A stretch of 64,000 nucleotides of DNA, from NCBI GenBank assembly GCA_030265395.1, contig JARFYF010000007.1, positions 55,408,265-55,472,264 of the forward strand. Direction: 5' to 3'. Position numbers and translations under genes: made by a program. Source of the stretch: Rhina ancylostomus. Taxonomy: Eukaryota. Under the pieces are notes generated by a model. The model ran no database searches. It saw only the letters and a program-made list of their open reading frames with translations, and was not told the DNA's origin. This document shows positions 36,998-50,194 of the stretch, piece by piece; position 1 is the stretch's first letter, and every line of letters starts with the position of its first letter.

Positions 36998-39900
36998 CAA
37001 CAGACACTTTGGCTCGACTTGTGAGTTTTTTCTTTACGTGAGCGCTTTCCTTGCATGTTGGCTCTTCTCCCTCATGCACCCTTCTTCCTAGCAGTGTGGA
37101 ACAGCTTAGAACATGGAATTCTGTATTGCCCATACTGATGCAGTCTCCAGCCAGCCTGGAGGAAGTGTGTTAACACAGGGGAAAGTACTGCCCTCAACCC
37201 TTCCTTCCATTGCTCCCATTCCATTTAGCAGATGTCCAAGAGCTCAGGGATTTTAACCCAGCCACTGGAAGACAGATTTGAATGGAATGCTCTCCTGACC
37301 AGGTTTATGACTGATATCATTTGTCAGAGGAGTCGAGGTGTCANNNNNNNNNNNNNNNNNNNNNNNNNNNNNNNNNNNNNNNNNNNNNNNNNNNNNNNNN
37401 NNNNNNNNNNNNNNNNNNNNNNNNNNNNNNNNNNNNNNNNNNNCAGAGGAGTCGAGGTGTCATGGGTAAAACATTATCCATTAAAAACCTAAAGCACTAA
37501 ACTGACCTTTGAGTGGAAAGAACAATTACTGAAAGTTGACTTTTTAGCTTAAAACTCAACTGAAACATCAAAAGGAGGACATTATAAATGTGTGATGACA
37601 CCTCTTTCCTGTTTAGCTATCAATCAAAGCAATTCGAACTGTACCATCCAAAGAGCAAGAGCTGAGGAATTCTGGCTTCATTTGAGCATAGAGGCAGTGC
37701 AACTGCAGGCAGTGGAGGAATTTTGGATGAAATAGATTTTGACCTCTTCCTGGCTAGGTCCTGAAGTTCACACTGGGAAGGGAAGCCAAATGTATTTTCG
37801 GAGTTCCAGTCCTTATGTGTGTGATGTCACAGACTGTGGGATAATGGCCTTAGCCTAAAATCCTACTGTCTGCATACTGTAAGTGACCCAGTACCCCTTG
37901 TGATGGAGGCTGACTTGGTGTAGAAATGATGTAAAGAATCTTCCACCTTGTGGCTTTTTTTTAATGGCACTTAACCCTAGAGTAAATTAAACTAAGACTT
38001 GTATCTTTTCCAGCACCTTTTTTTCAGTGTGCCAGTTCAAAATTCCTGCACCCTACAGAGCTCCCTGAGAGAACTGCAAATGGTACTGTTTTCTTGCTGC
38101 TCTTATGTAAATCACCCCATCCCTGCAGTTTAAGCTGAGATCATCATAAGGGCTAATTTCAGTCTTGGATTTTAAAGTTATGATGCAGAGGTTTAAATAA
38201 CATGTTGGAAGTTATTAGATACTCCTTTTTATTTATGTGTGCAGTAATTACTTTTGCATTCACTATTTATGTATAAGATGATTGGTTTCAGAAGCTCCTT
38301 GTCCCTCATCTGGGAAGGCAGTGCTGTTTGCAAACCAACAAAACAAAAAAAGAAAGAATCCAAACAATGCTTTTGAGCTGTGAAGTACCATTACTTTTTA
38401 ATTTCAAAAGTCCAAACTCCTTTACCACAGTGAAAATATTGTCAATTTGTAATTGCTGGTAGCATTTGATCCTTCCTGAGAGCTGTGGCAGATACAGGAG
38501 TGTTGTTAAAGGCATGGGAAGTGGCTAGTGTCCTTCTCGCACACTTTCTCTTTGCCGCGGGCAACGTTTGAAGCTCACATTTTAGAAGACAATCATGGCC
38601 CCTAGAATCTGTGCTCATTAAATCGAGACACTCGAGTTTAAAGAATTCCTTGTCGTCCTTGAAGGACTTGGGTATAATGTGAGACAATTACTGCGAAGCT
38701 TGTTGCTTCCATTTCAGATAAGTGGCCTTATTGATGAAGGGTGTGGGGGAGGTGAATACTATATTCTCATGCTTACCAATAGAAGGTTAGTCTTTGTGAG
38801 CTGATTTAAAAAAAACTTGCCAGTGTTAGGAATATTCATAGGCACCCACCATGCTTTTGTTTCATGGTATACAGAAATCCCCCAGATGGAGAAAGGCGAC
38901 TGCATAAAACTTGACATGGCAGTGACCTTTCCTGTTAGCTAGACAAATCAAGTTGCCCCTGTCAAGCGACCCACTGTGTTAAAGGCACTGTGGTGTCTCT
39001 TAGAGTAATGATACATACAAGAGTTGGAAAATCTTCTGTCCATTTAGTTACCTTATTCATTTTTTATTTGACTGGAGGAAGTTTTTCATATATGATGAAG
39101 ATTTTGATGTGATGCTACTTTGAAATACAACATCATTCCCACATATAGTGGGGAAAAAAAGAAATTTTTTTTTAGGGATAATATTGGATCAATTCCAATG
39201 TATTTTATGACACTTATTAAGAAGGCATGTAAAAAGTAATACTGATATTTGAATGTAGCATAACTAATTTAGTGGGATAAAGCATCAGATTCACTGCTGG
39301 TTGATGTTTTATTGGGTGCAAGCTAATTAGCTGAAAGGTTTAAACTAGAATGGGCACTTATTCGTGTTTTCCGCCGTCCTGAAGATGGTGAATGGGCCCC
39401 TGGTTGTTTTTGCCACCAAGAGGGCTCATATTCCTTTTAGTATTCTTCAGCATTCAACAATTCATCAGTGCTGTGTAATCCAGTTACTCCATGTCTAGTC
39501 CCAGTTCCTATAAAATTATTTTTACATCATCGCAGACTAAACAAGAGTGCATTTCGTGGAACATACAGAGTACAAAGAACTGTGTTTTCTTTTATTCATC
39601 AAGAAAAAGTGAATAGGGATTACAAGTGGTGCAGTTCAATGGGCCCTTTTTCCACAGTCTGCTTTACAAAGGAGGGATTTTTGGGGGAGGAGCCCTTGTC
39701 ATTCCTGCTCCTTGTTGCAGCAAGCTTAAATGTTACATTCAATTTATTTCAACCTTCTGTGTGAACATTGCTTTCTGTTTAAAAAGCGGGAGTATTGTCC
39801 TTGAGATGTCATGAGCAGCTGATGTTAGATAAATAAATGTTGTTTTAACTAAAGCTACATTTGATCTATGATCTATAAGTCAATTTGATAAATCAAAAAC

Positions 39901-40429
39901 CCATCAACTACTGATCTGTGTCTTCAGATTGACTTATGAACAAGACTAACGATTAATGGAATACTGACTACTAGGTACAGAACTCTTAGCAAAAGAAGTT
40001 TTCTAGATTGTCCCAGATAAGTAAATAAAAACTGCAGTCCAGTAGAGGATGTTATCACTGGGCAGTTTTCAAACTAAATTAAAAAGAAGAATAATCAATT
40101 GAGGCTTTGCTGTTAAATAATAGCAATGCAGTATTTTAAATTATATATATTTTTCATTCCATTCTTCTCTAAGAGCTGTTTTGCCAGTGAAATTGGGTTG
40201 CATGACACCAATGATTGGATGCTATGGGTTCAGTTTGCTGCTAATATTGTGTAACGTATGTGANNNNNNNNNNNNNNNNNNNNNNNNNNNNNNNNNNNNN
40301 NNNNNNNNNNNNNNNNNNNNNNNNNNNNNNNNNNNNNNNNNNNNNNNNNNNNNNNNNNAGGAATTGCATTTAAAGAGTGCCATTCTCATCTGTTTCAAAT
40401 CTTCCAACATCTTTTACAGCAATTTAGGT

Positions 40430-40888
40430 AATTTTGAAGTTTAATCATCACAGAAAACAGCTCTTAATTTGAGCACAATAAACTCCCACAAACAGGAGAT
40501 ATTCATACTTGGATTAATGATGCTCTCTGAATTATATTTTAATTCCTGCAGACTGTATTCAATTTCAGTATCAAAGTGAAGTGCAATGTGCAGAAGCTAT
40601 TAATTGATGGATGAATTTTAGAATCTGTTCTGAAAATGTTGATGGAGGGATAACTTGAGGGTTATTCTTTAAAATATGCTATGGGATCCTTTACATCTGT
40701 TTGAGAGAAAAGGCAGGGCCTTGGTTTAATGCCTCATCTGAAAGGCAGCATTTCAAAGGTGCAATCCTTGCCCAGTCCTGAATGGATAAATCAACCTAGA
40801 TTTTTGCACTCAAATCTCTAGAATGGGGTTTGAACTTACAGTATTTTGACTGAGAGGCAGAAGTTTTATCAACTGAACCATCACTGAA
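40430..40888 (-). mobile_element. Deu-domain SINE, diverged
   Basis: aaatatgctatgggatcctttacatc...ggccttggtttaatgcctcatctgaaagg...ggggtttgaacttacagtattttgactgagagg. ORF 40796..41026 includes the typical SINE pseudo-translation FKPHSRDLSAKI. Confidence 0.7.
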
Positions 40889-41979
40889 TGAAGAATATTC
40901 TGTGAATACTGCAGGCTGTATCTGGGGGATGTGCCTATCATGGTTGAATAGCTGGCAGTGTGTTGAAGCTTTAAGCAGTGTGAGGCTTGGAGGAGTGGTA
41001 AGTGTGTGAGGCCTGGTGGGGCACATTAAAGATAGCTTGAGTCCTGATTGATACTAATTATGGTGGGTGTGTTGTGTATTTTGCAGCATGCATCATTAGT
41101 GGCAGAGTAGCTCATGACGAAATTTGAGCATGTGTTCACTGACCTTGACCACTCATATGAGATCATTGAACTTCTTGTGGCACTGCATCAGATGTCCTTG
41201 GGGCTGCACTATTTTAATCAACCTTGAAAGCTGTCTCTTCCAACTGATGCCTTACTATTTCTAGGTCCTCTGCAGGAAGAGGATCGCGCTCTTCTCCTTT
41301 ACCACCAGTAAATCAATACACCCACTCTGCCCATGTTTTGCTGCAGCTCCTCAGAAGGATATCCACCACTGGTTCCAGTTACTGAGAACATTCACTGTCA
41401 GAGGCTTTTAACACTTGAACTGAAACCGGAATTGATGGCTGGTCTCTGAAATCATGATATTAAATGGAGGGCTTGAATTTCATGCACGTTCTGCAACAAA
41501 CTGAATGGACACAGACTAATCATAAATTACCATCCCAGGGCAGATTTTCCAACTTAGGCCTCATCAGCTTTAACACTACTGGTGTTTTATGTTTCAATAC
41601 TGGACTAGTAGTTATAGAAGAAGGTGGCTTGTGCTAGCTTCTTGTATCATTACAGATTCCAGGTTGAGGCTTGGGAGACATGACATTTTCTCTCTGTACT
41701 GTAGGCTGACATCCCAGTCCAATGCATTGAAATCAGTTGGATGTAGAACTCCTGCTTGAAAGGTGAACATTCAAATCGGTATTCTACTCTTTAGACTTTG
41801 CTACCACATTAGCCATCAGAAGAGCCAACAAAAGAAAATAGCCGCAGTGATTGAAGAAATAATTGGGGATGTATTTGTAATAAGGAATCTTTTATGAAAT
41901 AAAGCATAGATAGTACTGTAGGAAAGTACAATTGAAGGTTCTCTGTTTGGCAGCACAGAATACACAATGGAAAAAAATA

Positions 41980-42170
41980 AAAAAATTGCAGACACTGGAA
42001 ATCTGAAATAAAAACTGAAAATTATGTAAACACTCAGTGGTTAGGCAGTAACTGTGGAAAGAGAAGCAGTTAATGTGTCTGGCCTGGGAACTTTGATGGA
42101 GGGTCTCAGATCTAGTTGTTTCTCTGTCCAGAGATGCTGCTTGCATGAGCGTTTTCTGCATTTTCTGTTA
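41980..42170. mobile_element. Penelope-associated terminal-repeat remnant with inverted arms
   Basis: tgcagacactggaaatctgaaataaaaactgaaaa...ctgtggaaagagaa versus tttctctgtccagagatgctgc...gcattttctg form imperfect inverted arms. Related pieces at about 18770-18845 and 63035-63070. Confidence 0.5.
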
Positions 42171-42654
42171 TGCTTGACAATGTTATGCCTGAAATTTTGA
42201 AATTGCAGTTTATAATACTTACTTAAATCACATTATATATTAAAATATTTTGAGGTATAGCTCTTCCCAAGGGTTCAAAATTGGAATAATGATCACTTTA
42301 ACCAGTTGGTGCACTAGTTTAAATTGGCATCTGTTGTGATGTGAAGCAGTACTTCCTGCAGTTAAATCCAACTAGATGTGGCAGCACCATATTAACACAT
42401 CCAAAGAACTTCCGTCAGATTCGGCAGCACTTGGGTAACAGCTGAAAAGGTATTACAGCCAATGTCCAGCATTTAAACAGGCTATAATTGAACATTGGCA
42501 AATGTACATCAGTGCAAGTTCCAATGGAGGAGAAATGATATCTTGATCCATATTCTTGATCCATAAAGGATCATGAGGAGAGGAGAGCTGGTTGAGGGGT
42601 GTGTGGAGGCGTGAAAGAAAAACTGGCGTTTATCTCTGAGGTTTGCATTAATAC

Positions 42655-43010
42655 ACCAATGAGGTAATTTTCTTTGAAGTGCAATATAAGAAATCTTGGA
42701 GCCAAATTATGCACAAGCTCCCAAAAACAGCAATAAGATAATAAGAAGGTTGTCTCTTGCTTGAGGGATCAGTGTTGGATAAGCTAATGGGAAAAACTCA
42801 CCTGCTTTTCTCAGAGTGTCAGTTGATCTTTAATGTCCACCTGGGAGAACAACCGATGCCATGGTTTAACAGTTTAATTGCAAGATGGTGCCTTTGTCAG
42901 TACAATACTCAGTCAGGGCTAGAGTAAAAGCCTAGATTTGTTACTCCTGTCTTTGAAGTAGAAATTGAACCCATAATCTTATTGATTCTCCACTGAGGCA
43001 CAGCTGATAC
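42655..43010 (-). mobile_element. Deu-domain SINE, diverged
   Basis: agctcccaaaaacagcaataagataat...ttgagggatcagtgttgg...gatctttaatgtccacctg...ttgaacccataatctt. Confidence 0.65.
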
Positions 43011-44213
43011 CTTAGGCAGAATTCAGCCATTTGAATTGTGTACTCGTTAGGTGTATAGACAAGAAATACAGATGCTCTAAGATACTATGTGGGGAAAATT
43101 AATCGAATGCCAGGTTCAGAAGGCAAAAACACAGCTGCTTTTTTTAAAATGTTAGAATGCGATTCATCCACCTTCTGATTAAGTGTCAGTGTCACACAGA
43201 TTCTCTCAGCTCAGTCCTGCACTTCAGAAAATCGATTTGAGAAATTATGATTTAAAAATAAAAACACAAATTTCAACAGGCTGGATCTGCAGGTGGACAC
43301 TAAAAAGTTTTTTAGGTATAAGAAACTAAGCTGTGAAATGCAGACTATCCCTAGTGACTTTTTTATCTTCTCCCTCCACTTTTAATTTCCTATTGCGAAT
43401 TGGCTTGAGCGGCTGATTCATTTTGAAAGAAAATAAGTGCTCCCCTGTGATTGTTTTTTAAGAGAGTGTGAGAACCTCTTCACCCTATTCCAGTTTTGAA
43501 ATCTCTGGATCCTGACCTTTAATAATTGGCAGGCCCATGCTGAATTCGCATAATGCACCTGGCATTGACCAGCAAGCTGCTGGAAAACTGAGACAAATTT
43601 TATGGCTGAAGCTGAAGTGACCTCAAAGCAGCAGATGGAACATCCTGGCTAATTTGAGTCAAGTAGAAAAAGTCAAAGCATCATTTTCTCTTGAAGGGAT
43701 ATTGAAGAATGAAGCGGGACTGAAATCAGCTGTTTCATTTAAGGTTCCTCAGATTGCTGACGGTGAAAGCAAAGGTACAGGCACAAATCCAAAGCTTTAT
43801 TCATCCAGTGATTAAACAGCACTGCTGACCGGAAAGCCCAGAGAGCCAAGTGTACACGAAGCACAGTTGGTTTATGAAGCACAGTCTCTGGAGAAGCAGG
43901 GTAATAATGATCAAATGAAGATGCATTAAAATGTAATATTACTTCCCTTCCATTGGGGATGGGGAGAATCCAGAAGTGGCACTTATATAAGCCTATTCCT
44001 CTTCTGTTCATTAATTCATATAATTATCCCATTTTAAAATAGTGTGCAATTTTGACAGGAACCTTGTAACAGCGGCTGTAGTTGTTGCTGTTTCTGACAG
44101 GTGCAACAGCTAGATAAACAGTAAGAAGCCAGCAGTAATATTGTTCTCATTGGAATTATGATGTAAATCACATCCTTCCTTCTCTCCATCACAATGAACA
44201 GGCCCCACTCTGT

Positions 44214-44244
<31 letters not shown>

Positions 44245-45223
44245 NNNNNNNNNNCCCACTCTGTCACCCCCCCCCCACCCCATGAATGAAAATCTCAAGA
44301 GCTTTTTTTCAATTCATTAGGCCCTTGTGTGGACCTGCACCACCATTACAGTGAAAATGGTGCAGTCTGGCAAAAAGCAGCCATTGCTGTCATTGGTTTA
44401 GATCACTTCAGTGATATGGTTTGTTGATTCAGTCATGATTCAGTCTGAAAGATACTGTTGAGGGCCTACTCAATGAGTGTTGCAAGCTATTGTCATATGA
44501 TGTTTTTCTCTACTCAAAAAGCTCTGCTAGATTTTGATTTATTGATTAAAAACTAACTCTTTGGAGCAGAACAACAACCTGTACTGCTACTTAGCTTTTC
44601 TAACCTCTAAGCATCGTTTTACCGATGAGAAACTATTGGGATTTAGTTGGATGAGTAGGCCAAGCCCTCAACCTGAAAATCTCGCATTGAGCTGTTTTCA
44701 TTATGAATGCTATATTGCAGAAACAATGAGCACATTATTTTGGGATTTCAAAAGTACCATAGGTTGGCACTCAGCTGTCTTTCACAACTGATGGATAGAG
44801 CTCAAGGTTCCCATAATCCAACACAAAGCAGTCATGGAATTAGGCATTTCCAGAATTTATGGTCAAATACTGGTTCGAGTTTATTTTGTCTGTCTAAATG
44901 CGCAGTGCTGCTGCACAGACTGTGAAATATGGAATCACCTTGAAAAGCCAATCGACTTTTTCAAGAATGTGTCATTTTGCCTTTAAAAATGGCATGTGAG
45001 GATCTACTGAGGACTTAAAACGCAAAACCATAGAGAAAACATTTGTTTTCAAAGCAGGTAACCAGTTAAAGCATTGACGTGGGAGCCGGGTTGTGGGTGA
45101 AAGGTTGAGAAACAGATCTTCTTAAAAGGGAGGGGCACAGTTGGTGTTTGCTTGGTGATCAATCTCTTACAAAGCTGCATTCTGTTGGGGATACTTTGCA
45201 CTTCCACCAGTGTTTGAGTTACA

Positions 45224-45224
<1 letters not shown>

Positions 45225-45260
<36 letters not shown>
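45225..45260. repeat. (CA)18 microsatellite
   Basis: Directly visible perfect dinucleotide run. Confidence 0.97.
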
Positions 45261-45261
<1 letters not shown>

Positions 45262-46225
45262 CTTTCAACAGGTACTAATGGGATGAAACTCTGGTATCCT
45301 GGCATCACCAGATGATTTGTCTCCTTTAGCAAACGTTGAGTAGAGCTTTGCTCTGGAAAGCTTTGCTTATAGTTTGACCCCATGCAGCTGGATATGTGAG
45401 GCAATAGTTAAACAGTCCCTATGAATTTTTCAAATAATTCCCTCAACAGCCTTGCCTAATTGTCAGACTAATTATGTGGGCAGCATTGCAATGCGACGCC
45501 AGTGAGGAGTGTCAGATTACTTCCAGAAAACAGGTTTTTATTATTTGTCCAATGCAGGGTTTGAATTCATCCCAGCTTACAAAACCCTCCCAGCCCAGAA
45601 CTGAGAAACTAGACACCATCTGAGATAAAACATAAAGAATCAAATGAGATTTTTAGTTGCAGATTGCTCATTGCTTTGTTGCTTGATCTCAAAACCTGTC
45701 ACATTGTATATGGTTACACAATAAATACGGTTGATTTTTTCATATATTTTGAATAGCATGCACTCAAGCTATGTTGCCAAGATGGCCACTTTGCATACTG
45801 ACATGTTGAGTAGGCCACATCCTGTGTCTGATCCTGCTTCACAGCTAACAAATGGTGCACAGATCAAGGCAATGACTTCCTTCTGATTGCCCTCCAACCT
45901 AGATGGTGTTACTGGAACCAGCTAGACTGAGGGATCAGAATTTCCTAATAGTTGCTATTTGGGAAAGGCAGGTATGGGGAAGGGGGGAAGAGAAGAAGAA
46001 AACAAAATATATGTAGCTCATTAACAAGTTACAAGCAATTACAGTAAAGTCTGTAATTTAGTGTAGGTGATAAGACATTTAGCTTGGTGAGCGTCTCAAG
46101 GAAAGAATTTCAGACAGTCTGGTTAAGTATTTACATGAAAAGATCCCACAGTATAACTTGAGAGCCAGCAAATATAAAATCAGAAGAAGCTGCATGCGGT
46201 ATTCAAACCCTATTTAGAGTTGAAA

Positions 46226-46350
46226 GGAATCAGAACCAGCATCAAGTTTATTATTACTGACATATGTTGTGAAATTTGTTGTTTTGCGGCAGCAGTGCAG
46301 TGCAAAATGTAGACATAAAAATTACTATCAGTTACAAAAATAAATATAGT
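46226..46350 (-). mobile_element. LINE 3' tail (Rex1-like), antisense
   Basis: aatcagaaccagcatcaagtttattattactgacatatgttgtgaaatttgttgttttgcggcagcagtgcagtgc. The reverse complement ends in aataataaac plus a short-repeat tail. Confidence 0.6.
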
Positions 46351-47259
46351 GCCAATTGTAATTGCACTTTTTTCAAAGTTGTATCTTTTTTGTTCATTAT
46401 TTTTGAATTGAGCTGCAAGATCTATCATGATTAGTGTCATTTGCCTTCAAGGACTACTACAAATGCTTTTTTCCCAATTTAAGGGAGAGTTGTAAGTTTT
46501 CAATATTCTTAATTGAGTAGACAGGTACACATAGCCTTGAATTGCTTGGTTCACATAGGTGATCCTTGGTTAGGAATTTTCCTCTTTCAATTTGCAATGC
46601 AGCTATCCAAAATTAACTTAATTCTACTTTTACCCAAAAGACATTTCTGGAGTTCATTGCTAGTGATTGGTGGGGAAAGTTGAGCCATCACCAAGTTGGA
46701 ATAGATGTCATTCTCCCTTCATCTTTATACAGTAGATTTGGCCTAATTATAGTATTTCAGCTGGCTATAGATATGAGTGAACAATGACCCCATCACATGC
46801 ATGCATTCAGTTTGCAACTGTGGGCAGTGTTTGTGGATGAACCTTTAAGCAATTGGTATAATGTTCCTTAGATTCACTAGGACATGGGCCAGCACCAACA
46901 TAAAAGGCCACACAATGCCACACATGTGAGTTAAGTTATCTCATATGGTTAGAGGAGAATTTTGGGCTATAGAATAATTTAATCTCTTAAAGCCCATAAA
47001 TGTTTTATTTGAGCGTGTATTTGTGCTTTTTTTGTTTAAACAGTAAACAGTGATATGGTGCCTTGGAGGAGTTTCTGTATTGGTTGGGAAATTAATCAAC
47101 ATAAGTAGATACATTTATTAACTCCGGGTGGTTCAGCAAAGTTGTAATTTCAACTGCATGCATTAATTTAGAGGATTCACACTGTCAGGCCCACTAACAC
47201 CCTACCCTCCATTGTAGCCTTAATGGTGTTTTCTGTACTCAAAGCTATCACTGATATGT

Positions 47260-47526
47260 TGAAATTCTGATTGTCCTCTCAGGGGAAGAGATCCCATGGC
47301 ATCATTCCAAGATAAGCAGGGGAGTTTTCCCCAGTGCCCTGGCAAACATTTAGCTTTTAAACAGAAAACTGAAAGAAAATTAACTATTAACTGCTTCAGT
47401 TCCATAAATAGTGGCTGCTGCTTTTGCAATATTACTGCAATGAATACATTTCAGAAGTACTACATTTGTTGTAAAGCACTTTGAGAGATGCTGAGTTTGT
47501 AAAAGGCATAATATAATGGAAAGTCC
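47260..47526 (+). mobile_element. Deu-domain SINE fragment
   Basis: gatcccatggcatcattccaagataagcaggggagttttccccagtgccctggcaaacattt...tgtaaagcactttgaga...aaaggcataatata. Confidence 0.7.
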
Positions 47527-48446
47527 CTGTTAAACTACCATATGTTGAAAAATTAGATATGTGGAAAACTAAAAGTGTGTCACATTCTTAAACACTGGTT
47601 CTTTTTAAAAGCAGTACAGATGGTAAGGGAAAGCTTGTTTCAGGATTTCTAATACATTCTGTGGTGTTTTACATTAGTTATTCAGGCTTTGTAGTATTTG
47701 TTCCACCCGCCCTTGTTGCCATTTTCAAAAGTGTCTGGATGTTCAACTAACGTCTGATCCTGTCTAGAAAGACACACTGTTTCCAAAGGCTCCATGTAGA
47801 TTGATTTATTAGCATATTTTAATGGCCAACCTACTGAACAGATTCCATTACAATGAACAATTAAATTGGTACCTGAAAGTTTTTGAAGAGCTAATGGTGT
47901 TTGGAATTAGCTTCATAGCTTGGCTTCACCTGCTAAACTATTGTAAGTGTACACCTGTATTTAAATGACCTGATGGAGTGACAATGATAACATCGTTATT
48001 AGCCATTCCAGTGCTCTTGAGTTTGCTGTTCCATGTTTGGGTGCAGTTTTAGCAGAGATGTCCTTGCTGTTGTCATCTAATAGGTCATAAAAACCACTTC
48101 CAACATTGACAGGCCTGATTTACACACAGAACTGCTTCATGCAATTGATTTTCCCATCTAAAAGTGATATGTCTCCATAATTCTCCAAATCTGTTGATGT
48201 GGTGCCACATTACAGACCTATTCTTAAGTGCCTTTTAGAAGATTGGATTTTAATAGCTGATAAATTACCATGTTACTTCATGTCATTGGGGGAAGGGAAT
48301 TGAGCTTATTGGATAAAATGTTCCAGTGTTCCAATTTGTTGGACTGTTAATAGTGACATTTAGTGACTTTACTGAAGTAATAGACATTCTTCCAGATGCA
48401 CTGGATTGAATTTAGAGGATTAAATGGTTTGTTTCTTTATTTCCAG

Positions 48447-48539
48447 CAACATCAAATGGTACTTTGGAAGGACTGGAAAACCGGGAAGGAGGAGTGTGTC
48501 AAACCAAAGCCATGAAGCTCATAATGAAAGTTGGACAAG
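48447..48539 (+). CDS. EFNB2: Ephrin-B2 coding exon 3 (end of the receptor-binding domain)
   Basis: Acceptor gtttctttatttccag|CA, donor G|GTAAGA, 93 nt, phase 1-1. Encodes (S)[30 protein letters not shown], with the fourth conserved Cys and an NGT sequon. Confidence 0.96.
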
Positions 48540-49888
48540 GTAAGAGTCACCAGGACTTTTTGGGAGATATGACCAATTCTCACTTCATTATAAGCTCTGC
48601 TTGGTCAGGGTGACAATTGAAGACACAATGCAGTCTCATCAACACAGTAAAAAATATGCTGGTTCTCTGCAAGTGTCAGAACTGAAGAGAATACAACATT
48701 TACTTGTTGTCCTGTAACTTTTCTGGAGTTCCCAAGTCATCATCTGTTACACAAATTGATTAAAAGTAGCCTAACAGCTTGTCTTAAATTTAAATTGAAT
48801 AGTTGCAAAATAAATTGCATTACAGCAATCTGTTTGTGTCTTTTCCTTAAGGTTGGTTGACCAAGAGATAAGCATGAGTACTTGTTAATTTCTGGGGAAA
48901 AAAGAACTTTACGTTTTCTGTTATGATTGAAGAAAATTCAATTAACATTTTTAAATAAGAGAAATAATTATACATGCTGACGTGCTTATCTTTGTTTTTA
49001 AGTCAATAATGAGAAATTTATTTTTTAGGAAACTGGAAGCTCATTTGAATGTAAAGGTTGTTAATGAATAAAAACTTCAGTAGTTTACTTATAAAATGTT
49101 GACAATAAATGTTTCATTTAACACAATTTTAATTTTGAAATACAATCTGTGTTGTCATGAGTAATCCCCTTACATCTTTAGAATTTGCAAAGCAAAAACT
49201 TGTTATATTCATATTTTATGCTGCCTTTCCAAATAGTGTCTATTTAGCATTCTGTCAACATCCTCTGATTGAGCTACAAAAATTTTGCCTGCTGTTGGTA
49301 GGCTTCTCAATGGCTGTCATAGATGGCTTTTGAGTGGTCAGTATCTAAATGCCTAGTGTTTGCAGTTTCTTTAAGCTCAGCTCAAGCCCAGGAAAGGGTC
49401 ACTTTAGACAATGATTATTACCTTTCTGCCAAGAGTATGCATATAAGAATATAAACATCAGCTAGACCAAGTGGAGCAGGGCCTCAGTAAAAGTGAAAGT
49501 TTTAAATTGCTTGTTTTTCCAGACCAAGTGCTTGTGCATTGAAATGAATTACACTTCACCTCATATTTTGAGAGGACTGAATATATTCTGACCAAAACCT
49601 TATCAATAATTAGAAATTCTACTGGTTCATTTTGTTAAGTCCAAATCCATAGATAAAAGCCTTTATAGTAAACGTTCTTGTTCGTCAGTGACCTCCACAT
49701 TTTTAAGCAAATAAAGCTAAAAGCAAACAGACTTCATTGCAGTCATGGTGCTGGTGTCCACAATGGCCTCAGTTTGTTGCTCTTGAAATAAAACATCAGT
49801 GTTGAGGGATCTTCCTCTTTGTCTGACTGATGAAGGTATCTCAGCCCAAAGGTATGTAACTGAAACAAACTTTTTAAAAACTTTTTAG

Positions 49889-49987
49889 ATGCAAATTCTA
49901 TGGAACGAAATGAAAAAGCAACCAGTGTTCCTGGAAATGGACGAGATGGCACCACGAGCAAGCCCACCCAAAAGACTGAGACTGAAG
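49889..49987 (+). CDS. EFNB2: Ephrin-B2 coding exon 4 (extracellular stalk)
   Basis: Acceptor aactttttag|AT, donor GAAG|GTAATA, 99 nt, phase 1-1, open frame (D)ANSMERNEKATSVPGNGRDGTTSKPTQKTETE. It gives the expected KVGQD junction. The sequence is poorly conserved, so the call rests on phase, position and splice sites. Confidence 0.82.
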
Positions 49988-50194
49988 GTAATAGAAGCTG
50001 ATTATAATGAAGATACCTCATCTTTGNNNNNNNNNNTAAACACCAAGGTCATTGACACGAGTAAGCAAATGGCAATTCTGAGAGGAACTCGACTTCTTTT
50101 TGAGACATAAGGTGTCTTTACATGAGCCACAATCACTTGTTACTTAATTTGGCTCAGTTCTGCATGACTGTGAAGTGCTGATCATGTGGACAGC

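Noticed and set aside
44205-44245. Poly-G run read as poly-Pro ORFs or a G-quadruplex
   Set aside because: cccactctgt is duplicated on both sides of the poly-G plus N block, which suggests a sequencing or assembly artefact.
49743-49858. Strong donor AAG|GTATGT about 36 nt before exon 4, suggesting a mutually exclusive exon
   Set aside because: The only nearby acceptor is weak and gives a frame-shifting exon with an in-frame TGA.
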